In this document: positions 23,394-30,513 of the stretch, one piece after another
Numbering within the stretch: position 1 is the stretch's first letter
Layout: each line of letters opens with the position of its first letter
DNA from: an uncultured Gammaproteobacteria bacterium
Lineage (GTDB): Bacteria > Patescibacteriota > Microgenomatia > Levybacterales > UBA12049
Reading direction: 5' to 3'
Assembly (NCBI GenBank): GCA_964364925.1
Contig: CAYIOB010000001.1
Coordinates: 1 to 34,487 of the forward strand
DNA length: 34,487 nt
Made by a program: the position numbers and the translations under genes
Notes under the pieces: model-generated
Database searches by the model: none
The model's input: only the letters and a program-made list of their open reading frames with translations
What the model was told of the DNA's origin: nothing

Positions 23394-24323
23394 TTAGAAG
23401 TTTGTGGAACCTTTATAGATTTTCGGCGCGAGCCAATCTTCGGGCGGGTTCTCGTTTGTGATTTCTTTTTCCGGTTCCTGTTGCTTAGCTGCTGGTTTTG
23501 AAGCAAATTGATTTACCGGTGCGTTTTGATTTCGACTTACGGGTTTTGGAAAAAATTGTTCCGTGTTTACCGGCTCTGACTGTTTTATATTATTACTAAT
23601 TCTTATTGCTCCGTTTTTCATAAGCACCGAAGCCATTTCAAATGCCAAGGCGCTTGTTTTTACGTCTTGAAAATTATTTGTTGCCTGGGAAATTCCGTGC
23701 ATTAAATTTTGCGCAATATCGATATCTAATTTTAGATTAAGCGATAAGATTAGATTCGCAACCTGTTCTGAAATCGAAGAAAGCATAGGATAAACCATAA
23801 TTATATCTCCAAAACCCTGATTTTCGGCTTTGTTGTCGATATTAATAATCATTGTGTCTTTTAAACCGGCAACATCAAAAAGCTTCCCTAAATCCGAGAG
23901 TCTTGGAACACCAATTGTAAAAAGAAGATTTGGCGCACCCTGGCTTCTCGTAAAAGAGACTTCTTTTTCCTCAAAAGAAAGACCTTTTTCTCCGGCCTTT
24001 ACAACAATATTTAGTAATCCGTTTTCAAGAGTATAGGAAACTTTTTCTATTTCTCCCTCTTGATACGGAAAAGAAACGGTTAAGTCCCCGGATTCGCCCG
24101 TAAGCGCAGTTTTAACTTTGTCTATGCCAACTAAGGAAGAAACTTCAACCAGAGGATTTTCCGGAGTTGCAATCGTCACTGATTTTCCAACTAGAGTTAA
24201 CGATAAATAAAACGCGAGGGCAGCTCCCATCTCATCTAAACTTGGATTTTGGGCCGTAACTATTCCGATAGTTTTATTCTTTTGAATGGCCTCAGTAATT
24301 TGCTTAAAGGTTTGGTTATCCAT
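23394..24323 (-). CDS. degenerate DHH-family (NrnA-like) protein with a low-complexity tail
   Basis: The position (infB...rpsO-pnp) and the alignment-like blocks IGIVTAQNPSLDEMGAALAF and IINIDNKAENQGFGD match NrnA motifs I and III. However, DHH is replaced by DNK and there is no DHHA1/GGGH domain. Confidence 0.55.
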   Translation of the reverse strand: MDNQTFKQITEAIQKNKTIGIVTAQNPSLDEMGAALAFYLSLTLVGKSVTIATPENPLVEVSSLVGIDKVKTALTGESGDLTVSFPYQEGEIEKVSYTLENGLLNIVVKAGEKGLSFEEKEVSFTRSQGAPNLLFTIGVPRLSDLGKLFDVAGLKDTMIINIDNKAENQGFGDIIMVYPMLSSISEQVANLILSLNLKLDIDIAQNLMHGISQATNNFQDVKTSALAFEMASVLMKNGAIRISNNIKQSEPVNTEQFFPKPVSRNQNAPVNQFASKPAAKQQEPEKEITNENPPEDWLAPKIYKGSTNF

Positions 24324-24332
24324 AGCTTACAA

Positions 24333-25871
24333 TTATCGATGGGATATTAACACATCTCCTATAGTAAAGTCAAGAAAGGGAGACAGTATTATTCCCGCTT
24401 CCTGGCCCTTTTCTACTTTGGAGACCGTTTCTTTGCCTTGCCTTACAGAAGAAATATTAGCTTCACCGATTGCCTCATCATTTCGCATAACCCTTACCTT
24501 GTCGCCTCTTGCAATTCTTCCGTCTAAGACCATAATACCCAAAACTTCTGTTTTTTCAAAAGGAAAACGTGCCAAAACTTTTGCCGTGCCAAAAACTTGT
24601 TCCTGTAAAGATAAGATTTTGCCTTCCAAAAAGTCTTTTATCTCGTCCATCATTTCGTAAATAATCAAGTAATTTTTTAAAAGAACTTTTTCCGTTGCAG
24701 CCAGCTTAACAACCTCGGGTTTGATTTTTATGTTAAAGCCTAAAATAATTGCCCCAACGGATTTTGCAAATAAGACGTCTGAGGTCTCTATGTCTCCTGT
24801 TTTTGTCATTGCAACTTTTATCCTTTCGGGAATTTTATTAACTATTGCTTCCAGTGATCCTTGGGAATCCGCACAAATAATAACCGACAAGACGTTTATA
24901 TCTATGTCTGTATTTGGTCCCAGCTCTTGCACTTTATCAGTTTCTGTTTCGGCTCCTTGCCCTTCCGCAGCTTTCTGGCCATCCATAGCTTCAGCGTCGG
25001 ATGGAGCGGAGGAGGGTTCTTTAACTTTTTCACTCTTTTTAAAAACAATTTCTCCGACTTTTGGAACTGCTTCAAATCCTAAAATTTCAACCGCATCGCC
25101 AACGGTTGCTTTTCCCAATCTTTCCCCTAAATCGTTTATTATTGTTCTGACACGGCCGGAAACCGTATCGCAAACTATTTCGTCCCGCAAAAGAATGGTT
25201 CCGTTTTTAACCACAAGCGTTGCTCTAGGACCGGATTTTTGATCAAGTTTTGATTCGATAACTACTGCCGAAAAAGGATTGCTTGGCAAAAACTTATAAA
25301 ATCCGGAGTGTTTTTTCATATCAAAAACAAGCAGGATAAGTTCTAAAAGTTCTTTTATATTTATATTTATTTTTGCAGAAACTTCAATTACGGGAGTATC
25401 TCCGCCGTAATTTTCCAAAAGAACTTCTTCTTTTAAAAGCTGCTGTTTTGCTTTTTCCGGATTTTTATTTGGATCGTCTGATTTTGTTAAAACTACAATA
25501 AAAGGAATTTTTGAATCTTGCAAAAGTTTTATGCTTTCTTTAGTTTGCGGCTTTACTCCGTCAACGGATGAAACAACCAAAAGACCAATATCCGCAGCCT
25601 GAACTCCCCTGCCGCGCATTAAAGAAAAAGCTTCGTGTCCGGGAGTATCGATAAAAGTTATATTTCTTTTCTTGCCTTCGTGAGTTATTTCTACGGTTGA
25701 CGCTCCAATTTTTTGCGTTATTCCGCCGTGCTCACGAAGGGCAATCGTTGTTTTTCTTATTGCATCTAAAAGAGTGGTTTTCCCATGGTCAACGTGGCCC
25801 AAAACCGCCACAACAGGAGGATAATTTAGCTCATTTGAACTTTGAGTGCTATCTTGTTTATTTTTTGCCAT
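24333..25871 (-). CDS. infB: translation initiation factor IF-2 (short form, starts at the G domain)
   Basis: VVAVLGHVDHGKTTLLD occurs at residue about 20, with DTPGHEAF and TKSD. Confidence 0.95.
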   Translation of the reverse strand: MAKNKQDSTQSSNELNYPPVVAVLGHVDHGKTTLLDAIRKTTIALREHGGITQKIGASTVEITHEGKKRNITFIDTPGHEAFSLMRGRGVQAADIGLLVVSSVDGVKPQTKESIKLLQDSKIPFIVVLTKSDDPNKNPEKAKQQLLKEEVLLENYGGDTPVIEVSAKININIKELLELILLVFDMKKHSGFYKFLPSNPFSAVVIESKLDQKSGPRATLVVKNGTILLRDEIVCDTVSGRVRTIINDLGERLGKATVGDAVEILGFEAVPKVGEIVFKKSEKVKEPSSAPSDAEAMDGQKAAEGQGAETETDKVQELGPNTDIDINVLSVIICADSQGSLEAIVNKIPERIKVAMTKTGDIETSDVLFAKSVGAIILGFNIKIKPEVVKLAATEKVLLKNYLIIYEMMDEIKDFLEGKILSLQEQVFGTAKVLARFPFEKTEVLGIMVLDGRIARGDKVRVMRNDEAIGEANISSVRQGKETVSKVEKGQEAGIILSPFLDFTIGDVLISHR

Positions 25872-25974
25872 AAAAAATTAATTTCCAATTTCCAGTTACC
25901 AATTTTCATTAAATTTTCATTTGTTAAATGTTTCATTGTATTTTCATTGAAAATTAAAAATTGATAATTGAAAA

Positions 25975-27135
25975 TTATTCTTTGATTTCATTACTTGCCT
26001 TATCTTCTTCAGGCGCTTCTTCAACAGGTTTTTGAACTTCTTCTTTGGTTTTTTTTGTTGCTTTTTTAGGCTTTGTTACTTTTTTAGTTGCGACTTTTGT
26101 TGTTTTTTTGGGTTTTTCGGTTTTCCCCGCCTGCAACGCTTCACTTGCTGATGCGGGCAGGTCTTTAATTACTTCTTCTTCAGGAGGAGATTCTCCTTCT
26201 ATTTCAATTCTGTAACCTGTTAATTTCGAGGCCAAACGTACATTCTGCCCGTCTTTTCCTATTGCCAAAGAAAGTTCGTCCGAAGGAACCGTAACTCGGG
26301 CTACTTTTTCTTTTTCATCAACTTCCAATTTAATATTTTTTGCAGGGGAAAGAGCTTGAACAATATAATTTTTAGAATTTTCCTGCCACTGGATAATATC
26401 GATTTTTTCTAAGCCCCCAAATTCTTGAATTATCGCCTGAACTCTTACCCCTTTTTGTCCGACACAGCTTCCAACAGGATCAATACCCGATTGATTTGAA
26501 TAAACCGCGACCTTACTTCGGTTTCCCGGCTCTCTGACAATCTGTTTTATTTCAACTGCACCTTGGGAAACTTCGGGAACTTCTCTTTTGAATAATCCTT
26601 CCAAAAGACCGCTATGCGCTCTTGAAACAATCACCTCTTCACCCTTTAATCCTTCTCTAATTTCCGATAGGTAAACAGCCAATCTTTGATTTAAATGGTA
26701 TTTTTCGTTTGGAATTTGTTCGTTTGAAGGCATTACTGCCTCTGCTTTACCTATATCAACAATAATATTTGGTCCTGCAAATCGCAAAACCATGCCGTTG
26801 ATAATGGTTCCTATTCTAAGCTTGTAATCCGTAATAATTGCTTCTTTTTCTTTTTCTCTTATTTTTTGCAAAATTACCTGCTTTGCGGTTTGAGCGGCTA
26901 TTCTTCCAAATCCGGGAGGCGTAACATCTTTATCTTTATTGAAAATTCTTGCCTCACCCGTATTTGCGTCTAAAGTGGCTGAATATTCTTCCAGTTCCAT
27001 TCCCGGGTGGTCTTTTCTATAAGCTGCCAAAATAGCGTTTTTTACCGTATCTAAAACAACAGCAGGATCAAGACCCCTTTCGTTAGAGACCTGATTTAGC
27101 GCTAATGCGAATTCGCTTCTTTGCATTGCCGGCAT
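25975..27135 (-). CDS. nusA: transcription termination/antitermination factor NusA with a Lys-rich tail
   Basis: N-terminal domain, S1 and two KH domains (GPNIIVDIG, VGSCVGQKGVRVQ, AIGKDGQNVRLASKLTG). Confidence 0.95.
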   Translation of the reverse strand: MPAMQRSEFALALNQVSNERGLDPAVVLDTVKNAILAAYRKDHPGMELEEYSATLDANTGEARIFNKDKDVTPPGFGRIAAQTAKQVILQKIREKEKEAIITDYKLRIGTIINGMVLRFAGPNIIVDIGKAEAVMPSNEQIPNEKYHLNQRLAVYLSEIREGLKGEEVIVSRAHSGLLEGLFKREVPEVSQGAVEIKQIVREPGNRSKVAVYSNQSGIDPVGSCVGQKGVRVQAIIQEFGGLEKIDIIQWQENSKNYIVQALSPAKNIKLEVDEKEKVARVTVPSDELSLAIGKDGQNVRLASKLTGYRIEIEGESPPEEEVIKDLPASASEALQAGKTEKPKKTTKVATKKVTKPKKATKKTKEEVQKPVEEAPEEDKASNEIKE

Positions 27136-27144
27136 AGTTTGGTA

Positions 27145-27153
27145 AGTATACCA
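27145..27153 (-). promoter_or_regulatory. extended -10 (TGGTATACT) 9 nt upstream of nusA
   Basis: The minus strand reads AAATGGTATACTTACCAAACTATG. Confidence 0.5.
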
Positions 27154-27222
27154 TTTTTGAGGCCTGGCTTCAATAAGCCTAATTGCTTGAATAGATAGTT
27201 AAATCACCACAATTGTCAACTT

Positions 27223-27231
27223 TGGTATAAT
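27223..27231 (+). promoter_or_regulatory. extended -10 (TGGTATAAT) 8 nt upstream of the Nudix gene
   Basis: TTTGGTATAATAAGCCACAATG. Confidence 0.55.
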
Positions 27232-27239
27232 AAGCCACA

Positions 27240-27674
27240 ATGAAAAAAGGAATCGACCATATCGGAGTTAGCGTAGTCTTTTTTTGTCACGATGGAAAAG
27301 GAAATTTTTTATTAAGCAAAAGGTCAACAAATTCAAGAGACGAATACGGAAGATGGGACCCGGGCGGAGGAGGAGTTAATTTCCGAGAACCAATACTAAG
27401 CGCATTAAAAAGAGAGATTAAAGAAGAATACGGCGCTAATATTTTAGAGACAGAATTCTTGGGATTTCGGGATGTTCACAGGAGTGATGAAAAGAAAAGG
27501 AAAACCCACTGGATTGCAATAGACTACAAAGTTTTAATTAACAAAAAGAAAGTAAAAAATGGCGAGCCTAAAAAGAACGAAGAGATTGGCTGGTTTACGT
27601 TTAAAACACTTCCTAGTCCTCTGCATTCGCAATTTCCCTTTTTTATAAAAAAATATAGGCATAAGTTAGGCTAA
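27240..27674 (+). CDS. Nudix hydrolase
   Basis: Nudix box GGGVNFREPILSALKREIKEEYGA (Gx5Ex7REUxEExGU). Confidence 0.85.
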   Translation: MKKGIDHIGVSVVFFCHDGKGNFLLSKRSTNSRDEYGRWDPGGGGVNFREPILSALKREIKEEYGANILETEFLGFRDVHRSDEKKRKTHWIAIDYKVLINKKKVKNGEPKKNEEIGWFTFKTLPSPLHSQFPFFIKKYRHKLG

Positions 27675-27683
27675 GAAATTTTG

Positions 27684-30071
27684 TCAAACTTTGACAACAG
27701 ATATATTATTTGCAGAATCAACGGAAATTGAGAGATTATCGCCGCGTTTTATTTCGTCTTTGAGCATTTTTTGTGCAATTAAGTCTTCTATATTATCTTG
27801 AATAAATCTTTTGAGAGGTCTTGCACCAAACTCCCTATCAAACCCTTCTTTTGCAATTTTTGCAAGTATATTCTCATCAAAAACTATTTCTATGTCTTTC
27901 TCTTTCAAATTATTTTGAAATTGAACAAGCATTAATTTTGTTATTGCCAGGACTTCTTTTTCTCCCAAAGGCTTAAATGCGATAATTTCGTCGAACCGGT
28001 TTAGAAGTTCGGGTTTGAAAATTCCCTGCTTCTGAAGATAATCCAATAGGTTTGTTTTGAAATTTTTATCAACTCCGATTAAATCGGAGTCAACTTTTGT
28101 TCCTTTTTGAATTTCTTCACGGATAAATTCGCTACCCGCATTTGAAGTTGCGATGATAATTGTATTGGTAAAGGAAATTGTTTTCCCTTTGTTATCCGTT
28201 AACCTGCCGTCATCCAAAACTTGCAGAAAAAGATCCAAAATTTTAGGGTCTGCTTTTTCAAATTCATCTAACAAAACCAAAGAAAACGGATTATCATAAA
28301 CTTTTTCTATCTCTCCTTTTTCGCTTCCTTCACCAGGAGTTGAACCTAATAATCGTTTTATTCCTTCCTCTCCTTTGTATTCACTCATATCAAACCTTAA
28401 CATTGCGTCTTCGGATTTAAAATATATGCTAGATAAAGCTTTTGCGGTTTCTGTTTTTCCAACTCCGGTTGGTCCTAAGAAAAGAAAAGAAATTGGCTTC
28501 TTTGACGCACTTAATCCCGTTCTTACCCTTCTTAACGCCTCCGAAACCGCGGAAACCGCCTCTTCCTGATCAACAATTCTTTTATGAATTTCACTTTCTA
28601 AATTAAGCAGCAATTCTTTTTCTGCCGCTTTCGGCTGACCAACTGGGATATTAGTTTTTCTTTCAACTTGAGTTAAAATATCCTGCTCTTTTACAATTTT
28701 TTTGCCGGAGAGCTTAACGTTATTGGCGGTATCTGTTAAAAGATCAACGGCAGAACCCGGTAAAACTTTTTCCTTGCTATATTTTGATGAAAATTCAAAA
28801 GCCGCAATAATTGCCCTGTAAGTTAAAGACGCATTAAATTCTTTTTCCAGCCAAAAAGCTTTTTTGAAAAGCATAAGCAATGCAAGGTCTTTATCCGGCT
28901 CGTCAAATTTTACAATTTCGAAAACATCTAAAAGTGTATTCCTTGGCTCAACAAATTTTTTATAAATTTCGGGTGTTACCGTTCCGACAACTCTTAATAC
29001 CCCTTTTTCAAGATATGGAATAAGAGCGCCGGAAAGGTCTATTGCAAAAGTAGAACCGCCTAAAATAACTTCAAAACTGGGGATATAAATTATAACGTTG
29101 CCGGCATGGGAAATTTCCGCAATTACTAAGTCCAAACGCTCTTGTAAATCTCCCTGATTGGTTGTTCCGGCCAAAAACGCGTCAACCATCAGCTGAAAAA
29201 ATTTCTGATGGTAAAGATTCCCGTTTAAATTTCCGGCAAAACTTTCATAAGCTAAATCTTCAATAACGGATTCTTTACCGCTTCCGGACTCTCCCACCAA
29301 AATAACGCTCGTTCCTTTATATAAAGCTTCTACTGCTTGGTTATATTCGTCTTCTCTTCCTAAAGACATCGGTTTACGGCTTAAAACCTCGGGGGTTAAG
29401 TCAATCATGTATTTTTTTGTTTCTATGGTCCACCCAAACACCCATTCTTCGGCAAGTCCTTCTCCGGAAAAATTTACTCTTAAAGATTTTGGGTTTTCTT
29501 CCGTATCAAATCCTGTTCTTGCCCAATATAAAATATGCATCATCTCTTCTTTTTTTAGTTTTTTATTAAATAAAAGCTTTGTTTTATCCTCCGTTAAAAG
29601 AAGGTACGCCGCAAAAATATCCATTGTTGTAACATATTTTCCCTTTAAGGTTTTTGAGAGCTCAAGAGCATAATTTGCCAAATCCTGTTTTTCAATCTCA
29701 ATAAATTGAACTTCTTTTACCAAAACGTCTGCTTTTTCCAGCATGAAAGCAACGGACGGCTTATGCATAAGACTTTTTATAGCATCGGCTGTCTTATTTT
29801 TACTGCCAAAAATACTTAAAGCTTCCAAGGTAAATGCGTCTAATGCGACTTTTGTTTCTAAAACTTTGGATCTTGGACTTTGTTTTGAGATTTTAAATTT
29901 GAAAAAAACTTCAAACATTAAAAACACGGAGAAAGCGAAAACAAATAGCTTTAAATTCATCCCGTTTTGATATGAAAACAAAATAAGTAAAGTTAAGACC
30001 AAAAATATGCCCAGTCTTAAAATTTTTATTAAAAACATTTTGTAAAAATAATAAAGTTTAGCGTTTGTCAT
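27684..30071 (-). CDS. membrane-anchored Clp/Hsp100-like double AAA+ protein with a degenerate first nucleotide-binding domain
   Basis: Two N-terminal TM helices followed by Clp_N-like repeats. In D1 the Walker A is GESGSGKES and the Walker B position reads IIYIPSFE (no DE). D2 is intact: GPTGVGKTETAKAL, LLDEFEKA, GARPLKRFIQ. Confidence 0.85.
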   Translation of the reverse strand: MTNAKLYYFYKMFLIKILRLGIFLVLTLLILFSYQNGMNLKLFVFAFSVFLMFEVFFKFKISKQSPRSKVLETKVALDAFTLEALSIFGSKNKTADAIKSLMHKPSVAFMLEKADVLVKEVQFIEIEKQDLANYALELSKTLKGKYVTTMDIFAAYLLLTEDKTKLLFNKKLKKEEMMHILYWARTGFDTEENPKSLRVNFSGEGLAEEWVFGWTIETKKYMIDLTPEVLSRKPMSLGREDEYNQAVEALYKGTSVILVGESGSGKESVIEDLAYESFAGNLNGNLYHQKFFQLMVDAFLAGTTNQGDLQERLDLVIAEISHAGNVIIYIPSFEVILGGSTFAIDLSGALIPYLEKGVLRVVGTVTPEIYKKFVEPRNTLLDVFEIVKFDEPDKDLALLMLFKKAFWLEKEFNASLTYRAIIAAFEFSSKYSKEKVLPGSAVDLLTDTANNVKLSGKKIVKEQDILTQVERKTNIPVGQPKAAEKELLLNLESEIHKRIVDQEEAVSAVSEALRRVRTGLSASKKPISFLFLGPTGVGKTETAKALSSIYFKSEDAMLRFDMSEYKGEEGIKRLLGSTPGEGSEKGEIEKVYDNPFSLVLLDEFEKADPKILDLFLQVLDDGRLTDNKGKTISFTNTIIIATSNAGSEFIREEIQKGTKVDSDLIGVDKNFKTNLLDYLQKQGIFKPELLNRFDEIIAFKPLGEKEVLAITKLMLVQFQNNLKEKDIEIVFDENILAKIAKEGFDREFGARPLKRFIQDNIEDLIAQKMLKDEIKRGDNLSISVDSANNISVVKV
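28072..28090. repeat. palindrome variant ACTCCGATT-A-AATCGGAGT inside a CDS
   Basis: Relative to the 9098 copy it has a C-to-T change in one arm and a G-to-A change in the other, so the pairing is preserved. On the minus strand it encodes DSDLIGV. Confidence 0.6.
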
Positions 30072-30401
30072 TTAAATAAATAGCAAATAAATTGTGGCAA
30101 AAGGCCAAATAACAAAACAAAGGAAAAAAGCCAATTCGATAATTAAAAGACATAAAAACAAAAGTAAATCGGCAAGAATTACAAAAGTTTTAATAAACAT
30201 CCCTATTGCAATAGAAAAACCGACCAAACCTTCTCTGTATTCGTTTTTCCAGGGCTTAAAATAAGTTTTTACTAAAAGCGTCAAAGAAAAAAGCTGAAAA
30301 AAAGCACTGTTTAAAGAAGCAAAAAAAGACAATATGAAAACCGGAGCTTCAAAAAACCAAAATCTTAGAAAACTAATGGGGAAAAAGATTAAACCTGTCA
30401 T
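30072..30401 (-). CDS. small polytopic membrane protein (3-4 TM)
   Basis: 109 aa and strongly hydrophobic. Its TAA abuts the ATG of the membrane-anchored Clp-like gene (TAAATG). Confidence 0.7.
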   Translation of the reverse strand: MTGLIFFPISFLRFWFFEAPVFILSFFASLNSAFFQLFSLTLLVKTYFKPWKNEYREGLVGFSIAIGMFIKTFVILADLLLFLCLLIIELAFFLCFVIWPFATIYLLFI

Positions 30402-30449
30402 AAGGCAGCTAATTTAAGTTTAAGTAATTGAGGGAAAAATTGCAATTCA

Positions 30450-30513
30450 CCCCGTCAAATAAGATTTTAACAAATCTTAATTTTAAATAGCAATTTAAAA
30501 TTATTTGACAGGG
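30450..30513 (-). promoter_or_regulatory. three-way-junction-like structured element directly after the stop of the secreted-protein gene
   Basis: Minus-strand RNA: P1 is CCCUGUCAAAU / AUUUGACGGGG (11 bp with one G-U, which would be C-A on the plus strand). P2 is UUUUAAA/UUUAAAA. P3 is AAGAUU/AAUCUU. Confidence 0.4.

Noticed and set aside
24721-25242. 173-aa plus-strand ORF, and similar ORFs at 16374-16721, 17381-17734, 24286-24660 and 31353-31673
   Set aside because: All are antisense to strongly supported genes (infB, ftsK, the 213-aa gene, the DHH-like gene, the 657-aa gene). Their translations are low-complexity and none has its own expression signals.
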